Shown one piece after another: positions 7,558 to 15,824 of a stretch of 15,894 nt of DNA. The stretch spans positions 28,361 to 44,254 of the forward strand of contig JAYODI010000046.1 in assembly GCA_038279365.1 (NCBI GenBank), written 5' to 3'. The DNA comes from Candidatus Latescibacterota bacterium (GTDB taxonomy: Bacteria > Latescibacterota > UBA2968). The translations under genes and the position numbers were made by a program. The stretch's first letter is position 1. Each line of letters starts with the position of its first letter. Below the pieces are notes generated by a model. The model did no database searches and was not told the origin of the DNA. It worked only from the letters and a program-made list of their open reading frames with translations.

Positions 7558-8745
7558 CTACAACCACTTCTCCAAATTCCCCACATCCTCCAAACTCTGC
7601 TTAAGCGTCTGTAAAAATTGCGCCGCAACAACCCCATCCACCAGCCGATGATCTGCCGAAAGCGTAATGTCTGCAATCTGACGCACTGCAATGGTGAGTG
7701 GATCTCCAATAGGAACCACACGAGGAATCGCCGCACCAATGGCAAGAATCGCCGCTTCGGGCGGGTTGACAATGGCGGTGAAGGTGGTGACACCATACAT
7801 GCCCAAGTTTGAAATGGTAAACGTGGCTGAAGCATCACCGTGGAGTTTACCTGCACGGGCGTCATTGACCCGTTGGCTTCGAATGTCGGCCAAATCGGCG
7901 AGGAATATTTTTTGTGCGTTGGGAATAACGGGTACAACGAGACCATCATCGGTGCCAACAGCAAGACCAATGTTGACGGTATCGTGAATGACCATCGCCT
8001 GAGTGCCGTTGAGACTGCTGTTGAGTTTGGGATGTTGTGTGAGGGCCTCGGCTGTGGCTTTGATGAAGAGGTCGGTGACCGAGAGTTTGATGTTGTCGGT
8101 TTGGGCAAGATTTTTGCGCCACGTTTCGGCATCGGTCATGTCAATTTCAATGCCCACATAAAAGTGGGGAATGGTGCTTTTGCTATAGGCCATCGTTTTA
8201 CCAATGGCTTGTCGCATTTTTGAAAGAGGACTGCTGCCTGCCTGGACAACGGGTGGCGATGCGGCTGTGCGTTCAACATCGGCTTTGACAATGCGCCCAC
8301 CTGGGCCTGTGCCGATAACGGTGGCGAGGTCGATGTCCAATTCACGTGCACGGTGACGCGCGGCAGGTGAGCGTTTGATGCGCGTTGATGGTGTGTTTGG
8401 GGGAAGTGATTGCGCAGGTTCTGAAACAGATGCTTCAACTTGTGCTTCGGTTGATGGTGTTGACGCGGATGTTTTAGAGAAGGCATCTTTGTCAAATGGT
8501 TCGTCTAATTCATCGGTGAGAATGGCAATGGGCGAAAGCACAGGAACCACGTCACCGTTTTGGGCCAAGATGTGACGCAAATAACCTTTTTCGGGTGCTT
8601 CGTATTCAAAGACGGCTTTATCGGTTTCCAGTTCGAGCAGAATGTCACCTTTTTCGACGCGGTCGCCTACTTTTTTGCGCCATTCGATAATGGTGCCTTC
8701 GTCTTGTTGGAGACCGTATTTGGGCATGTTGATGGGTTTGGTCAT
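7558..8745 (-). CDS. acoC: Dihydrolipoamide acyltransferase (E2) of a 2-oxoacid/acetoin dehydrogenase complex
   Basis: Start reassigned to MTKPINMPKYG (ATG at 8745) because the upstream extension is translated tandem repeat. One lipoyl domain (ETDKA), peripheral-subunit-binding domain (SPAARHRA...GTGPGGRI), catalytic DHRLVDG. Confidence 0.92.
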   Translation of the reverse strand: MTKPINMPKYGLQQDEGTIIEWRKKVGDRVEKGDILLELETDKAVFEYEAPEKGYLRHILAQNGDVVPVLSPIAILTDELDEPFDKDAFSKTSASTPSTEAQVEASVSEPAQSLPPNTPSTRIKRSPAARHRARELDIDLATVIGTGPGGRIVKADVERTAASPPVVQAGSSPLSKMRQAIGKTMAYSKSTIPHFYVGIEIDMTDAETWRKNLAQTDNIKLSVTDLFIKATAEALTQHPKLNSSLNGTQAMVIHDTVNIGLAVGTDDGLVVPVIPNAQKIFLADLADIRSQRVNDARAGKLHGDASATFTISNLGMYGVTTFTAIVNPPEAAILAIGAAIPRVVPIGDPLTIAVRQIADITLSADHRLVDGVVAAQFLQTLKQSLEDVGNLEKWL

Positions 8746-8772
8746 AGGGAACTCGTTAAAGAGGTAAGGGTG

Positions 8773-8868
8773 AAATGGCAAACGGCAAACGGCAAACGGC
8801 AAATGGCAAATGGCAAATGGCAAACCTGGAGGTGTCAAAGATGGATGATGTTATTTTTGCCGTTTGCC
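8773..8868. repeat. Heptamer tandem array (AAAYGGC)x7 with a facing inverted partial array
   Basis: Seven units at 8773-8821, ~30 bp spacer, then TTTTGCC GTTTGCC at 8855-8868. Confidence 0.92.
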
Positions 8869-8876
8869 TGTCTTTT

Positions 8877-9635
8877 TTATTGTGCCACCCAGCCACCATC
8901 TACGGGAAGTGCGACGCCAGTGATGTAACCCGCGGCATCGGAGCAAAGCCATGCAACGGCTTCGGCAACTTCTTCGGGTTTGGCGAGGCGGCCTAAAGGA
9001 GCGGCGGCAGTGTATTTTTCTCGGTTTGCGGGGTTGTGTGAAAAGATGTGTTCGAGCATGGGGGTGTGAATGGCACCGGGACAGGTGCAGTTGACACGAA
9101 TGTTTTTGTCGGCGTATTGCAATGCTGCGGTGCGGGTAAGGCCGGTGACACCGTGTTTGCTGGCGGCGTAGAGGGGGGATGATTTGCTGCCTACGAGACC
9201 TGATACAGAGGAGGCATTTACAATAGAGCCTCCGCCGCGTTTGAGCATGTGAGGGATCTCATATTTCATGCACAGCCATACGCCTTTGAGATTGATGTTG
9301 ATGAGTTGGTCCCAATCGTCTTCGGTAAAATCTGCTAAGAGCGCCGAGCGACCAAAGATGCCGGCATTGTTAAAGGCACAGTCTAATTGACCAAAGGTAT
9401 CAACGGTTTTTTTAACGAGGATTTCGATGTCTGATGATTTGGAGACGTCGGTTTTTACAAAGATGGCTTCACCACCTGATGTGCAGATTTGATGTGCGGT
9501 TTCTTCACCTTGGGTGGTGTCCATATCGGCAATGGCCACTTTGGCACCTTCGCGTGCAAATACGTTTGCAGTTGCACGGCCAATGCCCGATGCGCCACCG
9601 GTGATGAGAGCGACTTTGTTGGTGAGTAATGCCAT
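8877..9635 (-). CDS. Classical short-chain dehydrogenase/reductase (SDR)
   Basis: TGGASGIG, NNAG, catalytic Ser and YAASK, C-terminal ITG...VDGG. AGGA RBS. Confidence 0.95.
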   Translation of the reverse strand: MALLTNKVALITGGASGIGRATANVFAREGAKVAIADMDTTQGEETAHQICTSGGEAIFVKTDVSKSSDIEILVKKTVDTFGQLDCAFNNAGIFGRSALLADFTEDDWDQLININLKGVWLCMKYEIPHMLKRGGGSIVNASSVSGLVGSKSSPLYAASKHGVTGLTRTAALQYADKNIRVNCTCPGAIHTPMLEHIFSHNPANREKYTAAAPLGRLAKPEEVAEAVAWLCSDAAGYITGVALPVDGGWVAQ

Positions 9636-9679
9636 GATGGTTCCTAAAAAATTAGAAATTACTAACGTTGTAGGGTGGG

Positions 9680-9717
9680 TTCACTATGTTCACTGTGGGC
9701 TTTGCCCGTGCGCCTGT
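9680..9717. repeat. 38-bp intergenic repeat, copy 1 (partner at 11298-11335)
   Basis: 27/38 identical to 11298-11335 without gaps, and all differences are transitions. Contains the hairpin GGGC-TTT-GCCC. Confidence 0.6.
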
Positions 9718-9761
9718 GAAAAATGCAGAAAGGGTTATTTTTTTCCTTTTACACTTTTAAT

Positions 9762-11210
9762 TTATGCCCCAAAGCCTGGTGGTGGTGCTTGGTCTGCTGG
9801 GCCACGGCCTTGGGTATTTTGTTTGACGATCCAAGACATGAGTTTGTGCGAGAGTTGGTCGCGGATGTCGAGGTATTCTTCATCAAACCACAGGTTGTTC
9901 ATTTCGTCTGGGTCGCGGTCTAAATCGAAGAGCTCACCGGGGCAATCGTCTGGGCCGGGTGTGGGGCTGTGATAGAGGCTGAGCTTGTATTGGTTTTCGC
10001 GCCACATGGTGATGTGTATGGGCGGGTTGTGGTAGCCTTTTATTTGTGTTTCTTGATCGATACCGTTGCTGGCGTTGCGGTGCATGCAGGCGGCATAACC
10101 ACGTGTTTCGAGTGCGTCTTCATCTAAGAGATCACAGGCATCGGGCATGGTCAGGGGTTCACATTCGGCAATGGCGAGAGCGGTTTTGGCAATGTCGTGG
10201 AGTTGGCAGGGTGTGTTGATGACGTGCCCTGCTGGGCCATTGGGCACACGAATGATGAGTGGCACACGCGTGCACGCATCGTACATAAAACCGCCTTTCA
10301 TGGTCAGGCCATGATCGCCCAACATGTCACCGTGGTCGCTGGTGAAGATGACGATGGTATTGTCGGCTTGGCCGGTTTCCTCTAAGGTGTCTAAGACACG
10401 GCCCACTTGTTCATCTATGAGGGCGATGGCGGCATGGTAACCCACTCGATTTTCCCAAAGGGTTTCTTCGTCGGGAAATGTTTTGCTGGCTCTTTCTAAG
10501 CGATGTGCAATGGGGCGATGTTCAAAGGCTTCGTCGGTGGCAAAGTGTTCGGGAAGCGTGTCTTCGTCGATCAGGTTGCGGTATGCTTCTGGATAATTGG
10601 TATAAGGACTGTGTGGATCAAAGACGCTCATGCAACAAAAGAAGGGGCGATGTGTGCCTTCTCTGTCGTAGATGTAGTCGATGGTGCGGTTGGCGGCCCA
10701 AGTGGTAAAATGAGCTTCTGCACGTATGTGACCAATGCGGTTGCCGTCTTGTTGCCAGCGTTGGAGAATGTCGGGGTGATGAATGGCCAACCACCGCCAG
10801 TAGGCATTGTCACAACCTTGATAGGCATTGGGATCGGGTGCCCACTCATATGTGTTGAATCCGTCAAAGCGATGGCGATAATGCATTTCCCACATGTGAC
10901 CGGCCACGTGTAGTTTGCCAAAGAGTGCGGTGTCATAACCCGCTTCACGCAGGTGAAATGGGAAGAGCACTTCGTCTTGTGGCAACACATCGTGGAGGCG
11001 ATACACACCGTGTCCAGGGAGGTGTTTGCCTGTCCAAAGACTGGCGCGACTGGGTGTGCAGATGGTGGCATTGACATAACATTGGTTGTATCGAATGCCT
11101 TGTGCGGCCAATCGGTCTAAGTTGGGTGTGTGCACACCTTCAACACCGTAACAGCCGAGAGAATCCCAGCGTTGTTGGTCGGTGAGGATGAGTAGGATGT
11201 TTGAGGGCAT
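9762..11210 (-). CDS. Cys-type (formylglycine-dependent) sulfatase-like hydrolase, no signal peptide
   Basis: Start reassigned to MPSNILLILTDQQR (ATG at 11210). CTPSRASLWTG (CxPxR), FGKLH, DPHSP, FTSDHGDMLG. Confidence 0.93.
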   Translation of the reverse strand: MPSNILLILTDQQRWDSLGCYGVEGVHTPNLDRLAAQGIRYNQCYVNATICTPSRASLWTGKHLPGHGVYRLHDVLPQDEVLFPFHLREAGYDTALFGKLHVAGHMWEMHYRHRFDGFNTYEWAPDPNAYQGCDNAYWRWLAIHHPDILQRWQQDGNRIGHIRAEAHFTTWAANRTIDYIYDREGTHRPFFCCMSVFDPHSPYTNYPEAYRNLIDEDTLPEHFATDEAFEHRPIAHRLERASKTFPDEETLWENRVGYHAAIALIDEQVGRVLDTLEETGQADNTIVIFTSDHGDMLGDHGLTMKGGFMYDACTRVPLIIRVPNGPAGHVINTPCQLHDIAKTALAIAECEPLTMPDACDLLDEDALETRGYAACMHRNASNGIDQETQIKGYHNPPIHITMWRENQYKLSLYHSPTPGPDDCPGELFDLDRDPDEMNNLWFDEEYLDIRDQLSHKLMSWIVKQNTQGRGPADQAPPPGFGA

Positions 11211-11224
11211 GATTATTCCATAAG

Positions 11225-11280
11225 GGGAATGGCAAATTGGCGAATCTGCGAATTTGCGAATCAACGAATCTGTGAATCAA
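11225..11280. repeat. Degenerate octamer tandem array (CGAATCTG-like) x7
   Basis: GGGAATGG CAAATTGG CGAATCTG CGAATTTG CGAATCAA CGAATCTG TGAATCAA, followed by a short inverted remnant CCCATTCG at 11283-11290. Confidence 0.85.
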
Positions 11281-11297
11281 AACCCATTCGTCTATGA

Positions 11298-11335
11298 CTC
11301 GCTACGCTCGTTGTAGGCTTCGCCTGTGCGTCTAT
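11298..11335. repeat. 38-bp intergenic repeat, copy 2 (partner at 9680-9717)
   Basis: CTCGCTACGCTCGTTGTAGGCTTCGCCTGTGCGTCTAT. Hairpin AGGC-TTC-GCCT covaries with copy 1. Confidence 0.6.
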
Positions 11336-12168
11336 TTGTCTATTCCTGCTTGTTTTTTGGCTTGGGCTAAGGCTTTAAATGATTTTTCTGCGGCGACCCA
11401 CGGATCATACCCATCTTGTCGCCAAATTTGTGCGGTGACTTCGACGGTAACAGGGCAGGTGATGCCTGCGGCTGAGAGGGCTTTAAAGTAGGCCAATAGG
11501 TCGAGTGTACCATCACCGGGCAGTTGGTAGTGAACTTTGCCGTCTTTCATATAACCGTCTTTAACGTGTGTGGAGACAGTGTAAGGTGCGCAGAGGTTCA
11601 CGCTGTGTTGGAGATCAATGTCGATGACATGGAAATGGCTGATGTCGAAGTTGACCTTGAGGTGTTCGTGTTGGGTTTGTTTCATGAGCCAAGCCACTTT
11701 GTCGGGGGTGTCGAGCATTTGACCGGCGTGGGGTTCAATGGCAAAGATGACATTGTGTTTGGCGGCTTGGTCGGCGATAAAGAGCAGGCTGTCGCGCAGT
11801 TGGTTTTTGTTTTCTTCCCAATCGCCGTGAATACCTCCTGGAGTACTGACCAAAGGGATCGGTGTCTCTTCAAAATTGAGATCGTTGGCGAGTGCGCAAG
11901 CGGCATCAAATTTTTTGAGAACGCTTTCACGCGTGTCACCTTGTGTGCAAATGGGTAAGAGGCACATGATGACTGGCGGCGGATAGTTGAGGTCTTGTAA
12001 TGTATTAACAAGGCGCCCACGGTCGGATGCACTGAGTTTGTGTGGCGCGGTGGGCCAATCATCACCCACGTTGATTTCAACAGCCTCATAACCGATGTCA
12101 CGCAAACGGGGTAAGGCTTCAAAAATGTCGATGGTGGGCATGGCGTAGGTGCCGTATCCGAGTTTCAT
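11332..12168 (-). CDS. Sugar phosphate isomerase/epimerase (xylose isomerase-like TIM barrel)
   Basis: Start reassigned to MKLGYGTY (ATG at 12168, GAAAGG RBS). GYEAVE, AIEPH, NFDISH, HVKD, PGDG and final VE metal-ligand motifs. Confidence 0.9.
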   Translation of the reverse strand: MKLGYGTYAMPTIDIFEALPRLRDIGYEAVEINVGDDWPTAPHKLSASDRGRLVNTLQDLNYPPPVIMCLLPICTQGDTRESVLKKFDAACALANDLNFEETPIPLVSTPGGIHGDWEENKNQLRDSLLFIADQAAKHNVIFAIEPHAGQMLDTPDKVAWLMKQTQHEHLKVNFDISHFHVIDIDLQHSVNLCAPYTVSTHVKDGYMKDGKVHYQLPGDGTLDLLAYFKALSAAGITCPVTVEVTAQIWRQDGYDPWVAAEKSFKALAQAKKQAGIDK

Positions 12169-12185
12169 GGAGAACCTTTCAATGA

Positions 12186-12279
12186 GGCAAATGGCAAACG
12201 GCAAATGGCAAACGTGGTGATTCGCATCATATGGGGTGGTTGGGTTGGGTCTTTTGCCATTTTACTTTTGCCGTTTCAC
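12186..12279. repeat. Heptamer tandem array (GGCAAAY)x4 with a facing degenerate inverted array
   Basis: Four units at 12186-12213. TTTTGCC ATTTTAC TTTTGCC GTTTCAC at 12252-12279. Same unit as 8773-8868. Confidence 0.88.
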
Positions 12280-12284
12280 TGCTT

Positions 12285-13031
12285 TTATGCGACGTCTTTT
12301 AAACCATCCCATTGATCCCACATGTTATGTGGTAGATCGAACATGATGTCGTTGAGGTTGTGAAATGAGAACCGACTGACCAAGGCCATACGAATGGTGT
12401 CTTGGCAATTCATGCTGGCGGTGTGGAGCATGTAGTGATGCCAAAAGACGATGGAGCCCGCAGGGGCGGCGTGTTCGTAGCGGTTGGGTAAATTGGTGAG
12501 TTCGGGCACTTCGCCTTTGTTGATTTTCCACCCGTGGGTAATGGGATGCTGTCTAAAGTATTCGGCCACTTTCAGGTGTGATCCGCCCCAGGTGGTAAAT
12601 CCACCGCCTTGGAGGATGATGTCGCTGACATTGAGGGTCACGGCAATGGTGAATGTGCCGGCCACACCATCGGTAAGATAACCGTCGAGGTGCCCACGTG
12701 GGGGTGTCCAATTTTTGTGGCCTGTGGGAAAATTCATTTTACATAAGGGTTTTCCGGGGGGACGCATACGTCCTTTGCCGACGAGTTCTTCGGCCATGTC
12801 GTAGGTTGGGTTGTCGTGCAAGGTGGATATGATGGCGGGTTCATCGCTACAGGGTAGGTTGCCTTTTGGTCCGGCGTCGATCCACGATTTGGGATCATTT
12901 CTATCGGCCTCAATATGGTCCCAAAGCACATCTTTGGCATTTTCGATTTGGTCTTTGGGCACGACGTTGTGTTTGACAACATATCCGTTTTGCTTAAAGA
13001 AGGATTTTTCTTCGTTGGTGAAGTAAGACAT
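12285..13031 (-). CDS. Phytanoyl-CoA dioxygenase (PhyH) family Fe(II)/2-oxoglutarate dioxygenase
   Basis: Start MSYFTNEEKSFFKQNGYVV (ATG at 13031, AAGGAG RBS). HLD and distal H (MLHTAS), GGSH, and 2OG-binding R (IRMAL). Confidence 0.88.
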   Translation of the reverse strand: MSYFTNEEKSFFKQNGYVVKHNVVPKDQIENAKDVLWDHIEADRNDPKSWIDAGPKGNLPCSDEPAIISTLHDNPTYDMAEELVGKGRMRPPGKPLCKMNFPTGHKNWTPPRGHLDGYLTDGVAGTFTIAVTLNVSDIILQGGGFTTWGGSHLKVAEYFRQHPITHGWKINKGEVPELTNLPNRYEHAAPAGSIVFWHHYMLHTASMNCQDTIRMALVSRFSFHNLNDIMFDLPHNMWDQWDGLKDVA

Positions 13032-13093
13032 GGTGGCTCCTTTGTATCTGTAACTGGACACAGGCAAATATGTTAGAAGGGGAACGATGTCTT

Positions 13094-13122
13094 ATGCTAA
13101 TATGGTTTGGTGAGAAAGACAA
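13094..13122 (-). promoter_or_regulatory. Possible sigma70-type promoter for the PhyH gene and downstream genes
   Basis: Minus strand TTGTCT-N17-TAGCAT in the 97-bp gap, ~60 nt upstream of the ATG. Confidence 0.4.
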
Positions 13123-13128
13123 CCATTT

Positions 13129-14337
13129 TTAGATGGCGTCGATTTCCAATTTGTTGTCTGTTGGTGCCGAGCCAAGATCTGGAATTTCGAGCAATGTACC
13201 GTTTTGGATGGCAGATTCGTGAGCTATGAGGCCAGGAATGACATATCGTGCGGCATCCCAAACGTTGTTTGGTGGGGTTTGTTTGGCCACACAGGCACGT
13301 ACAAAATCGTCTACTAAGAATTGGTGCGACCCATTATGGCCATTGGGCAAGTTTTTGAATTCGGCAGGCAAGCGATGAATGGGGTGAATGGGTGCGGCAC
13401 TGTGGTGTGTGCCGTCATCGGCGGTGACTTTGTTCATGTCGCTGTCTACTTTTTGTGTGGTGCGACGGCATGTGAGTAGGTCATCTAAGTTTTCGGTTTC
13501 GGCTCTGTTTTTGGTGAGCCAAACGGCTCCGGCGTTGTTGTGTTCAAAACTACCTTGGGTACCAAACATAGCCATGCGTACGGTGCCGGGGTGTCCGATG
13601 CGCCTAAATTCGTTGATGCGAGCCGTGCTGCCGTCTGACATTTTGAAGAGGGCACTTTCATTGCTAAATGGATTTTTCCATTGGTTGGCTGTGTAGATGC
13701 CGTCTTCGTGGTGGTCGAGAAATCCTTGACATGAAACATGTGTCATGTGTGCGCCCGTGACAGAGATGATGGTGCTGGTTGAATGTGTGGGATAATACAT
13801 GGGGGGCACGCCTGCTGTGTCGCGCCAGTTTTCACCACCACGCCATTTGGCTACGTCGTATAGGCCGTGATCCCAATCGTGATAATATTCGCCTTCGGCA
13901 TAAACGATTTGACCAAAGGCTTTTTTTGAAAATTGCTGACGACAGTAGACAATGGATGGGTAGTAGTAACTGGTTTCACCAATCATATAAATGTTGTTGG
14001 TTTGTTCAACGGTGTGAACGAGGGTTTTGATTTCATCGAGGGTGATGCCAGCGGGTACGGCAGAGTAAACGTGTTTGCCTGCATTGAGCGCTTGAATGGC
14101 TTGTGGGCCATGAAGCCAGTTTTGGGTGAAGATGGCAATGGCGTCTACATCGGTTGTACAGAGGTGGTCGAGAGAGGGGGAGGTATCCGCAATACCGTGT
14201 TTTTCTGCATTTGTTTTGAGTTTTTCCGCATCAAGGTCACAGAGTATGACTTGATCGACATGGGGATGTGCCTTGAAGAGGGTGATAAAGTGTTGGGCAA
14301 ATGCACCTGTGCCCACAATGCCAATACGTATGCTCAT
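13129..14337 (-). CDS. Gfo/Idh/MocA family NAD(P)-dependent oxidoreductase
   Basis: IGIVGTGAFA Rossmann start, H...ALNAGKHVYSAVP (EKP variant), YAEGEYYHD, YPTHS. GGAG RBS. Confidence 0.9.
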   Translation of the reverse strand: MSIRIGIVGTGAFAQHFITLFKAHPHVDQVILCDLDAEKLKTNAEKHGIADTSPSLDHLCTTDVDAIAIFTQNWLHGPQAIQALNAGKHVYSAVPAGITLDEIKTLVHTVEQTNNIYMIGETSYYYPSIVYCRQQFSKKAFGQIVYAEGEYYHDWDHGLYDVAKWRGGENWRDTAGVPPMYYPTHSTSTIISVTGAHMTHVSCQGFLDHHEDGIYTANQWKNPFSNESALFKMSDGSTARINEFRRIGHPGTVRMAMFGTQGSFEHNNAGAVWLTKNRAETENLDDLLTCRRTTQKVDSDMNKVTADDGTHHSAAPIHPIHRLPAEFKNLPNGHNGSHQFLVDDFVRACVAKQTPPNNVWDAARYVIPGLIAHESAIQNGTLLEIPDLGSAPTDNKLEIDAI

Positions 14338-14346
14338 AACGTGCTC

Positions 14347-15690
14347 CTACCATTTGGGATTGCCAACTTGAATGTCTGATTGTGGGGCTTCGAGAATGCC
14401 ACCTGTTTTTAGTATGTGATCTTGTAAGGTTGTGATGGAGATGTCTCTGGGTGTGGTGTTGTTTTGGATCGCGATGGCCGATGCAATGCCAGCGGCCTGA
14501 CCCATGCCCATTGCGGTGGCCGTTACGCGACTGGAAGCCAAGGCTTCGGAGGTGGCCGAGTGACAACGCCCTGCAACGAGGAGGTTGTCGCATTTTTGAG
14601 GCAATAAGGTGCGATAGGGAATGTCGTAGGGCGGTGTCCAGGGAATGTCGTGGTAGCCTGCTTTTTTGGCGGGGTGTTTGTCGAGCCGCCACGCACCAAT
14701 GACCACGACATCGTCTTTGGTGCGGCCTTCAATCACATCTTCACCTGTGAGGATATAGTCACCGACAATACGACGCGATTCACGTGCACCTGCAACCGGG
14801 CCTGAGGTCATAAAGTAAGCCTCTTTAAATTCTTCGAGTTCGCGTTGCCAATTTTCAAACATGGTCCATGCGTCTTTGCGGCCTTGTATTTCTGCTTGGG
14901 TGAAATCGTTGGGGTTTGTGTTGTCGCCTGGGTAGCGGGTGGCATTGAAGTAGACATCGCGGCCTGAGAAGGTGGCTGGATAAGGACCTGCGTAAAGATT
15001 GAGTTCGCCGCGTTTGTGGGCTTGTTCGAGCACGGCGGCACACCGACGGCGCAGGTCGAATGCAGGTTCGAGATAGGCGATGCGAAAGTGCAAGCTCATG
15101 GGTTGAAGGGATTCGGCTTTTTCAAAGGGCACACCTGCCCACGCGGCCACATCACCATCTCCGGTGCAGTCGATGACCACTTTGGGGCGAATGGCGGTGA
15201 GGCCATTTTTGTTGCTAACGACAACGGCGTCGATGTGTTGGCCATTGGTGATGACATCGGCCACTTGGGTGTGGTAGAGAATTTCGACACCCGATTCTTG
15301 AAGGATGGCATCGGCGGCACGTTTGAACCGCTCGGGGTCACAACGGGGGATGACACGTTCGGGGTGCATTTCGACAAAAGAAAAATCGCCGTTGACGTTG
15401 TAGCGCAAATTGGGACCTTGACCGGGTTTTATGACACCCATGCGTTCGAGCATTTCAAAAACGATGCCTCCCACAACAGGTTGGCCGGTGCGTTCGTCTA
15501 CAAAGCCGTCAAAGGCCGAACCGATGGTGGCGGTGAAGAACCCACCTGAGAAGCCGTTGCGTTCAATGACCATGGTTTTGGCACCTGCGCGTGCGGCGGA
15601 AACGGCGGCGCCAATTCCCGCTAAACCGGAGCCACAAACAAGTACGTCGGGTGTGGCCGTGATGGGAAGTTGTTTGGAATATGTGAGCAT
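14347..15690 (-). CDS. FAD-dependent oxidoreductase (FAD_oxidored/GidA-like family)
   Basis: Start reassigned to MLTYSKQLP (ATG at 15690, GAGG RBS). DVLVCGSGLAG, IDCTGDGD, RESRRIVG, YDIPYRTLLP, NLLVAGRCHS, GQAAG. Confidence 0.92.
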   Translation of the reverse strand: MLTYSKQLPITATPDVLVCGSGLAGIGAAVSAARAGAKTMVIERNGFSGGFFTATIGSAFDGFVDERTGQPVVGGIVFEMLERMGVIKPGQGPNLRYNVNGDFSFVEMHPERVIPRCDPERFKRAADAILQESGVEILYHTQVADVITNGQHIDAVVVSNKNGLTAIRPKVVIDCTGDGDVAAWAGVPFEKAESLQPMSLHFRIAYLEPAFDLRRRCAAVLEQAHKRGELNLYAGPYPATFSGRDVYFNATRYPGDNTNPNDFTQAEIQGRKDAWTMFENWQRELEEFKEAYFMTSGPVAGARESRRIVGDYILTGEDVIEGRTKDDVVVIGAWRLDKHPAKKAGYHDIPWTPPYDIPYRTLLPQKCDNLLVAGRCHSATSEALASSRVTATAMGMGQAAGIASAIAIQNNTTPRDISITTLQDHILKTGGILEAPQSDIQVGNPKW

Positions 15691-15703
15691 GGGAAACCTC
15701 AAA

Positions 15704-15824
15704 AGAATGGGCGAATGGACGAATCGGCGAATAGACGAATAGACGAAAAGGCGAGAATCTTGCAATATACTTTGGGAGGGGAGGATTCGCTGATTCGCAG
15801 TTTCGCTGATTCGTTTATTCGCTT
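15704..15824. repeat. Octamer tandem array (CGAATnnn) facing an inverted octamer array (ATTCGCTG-like)
   Basis: AGAATGGG CGAATGGA CGAATCGG CGAATAGA CGAATAGA CGAAAAGG (15704-15751), ~30 bp spacer, then ATTCGCTG ATTCGCAG TTTCGCTG ATTCGTTT ATTCGCTT (15785-15824). Confidence 0.9.

Noticed and set aside
8746-8838. N-terminal extensions of E2, and likewise of the sulfatase, isomerase and FAD oxidoreductase ORFs
   Set aside because: They are translations of intergenic tandem repeats (e.g. LPFAICHLPFAVCRLPF). Downstream ATGs fit the family N-termini better.
9655-9730. Integron attC site
   Set aside because: A CTAAC is present, but there is no properly spaced complementary GTTRRRY box or long imperfect palindrome, and no integrase.
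8773-15824. Repeat arrays as a CRISPR locus
   Set aside because: Units are 7-8 bp in tandem without unique spacers between them, and there are no cas genes.
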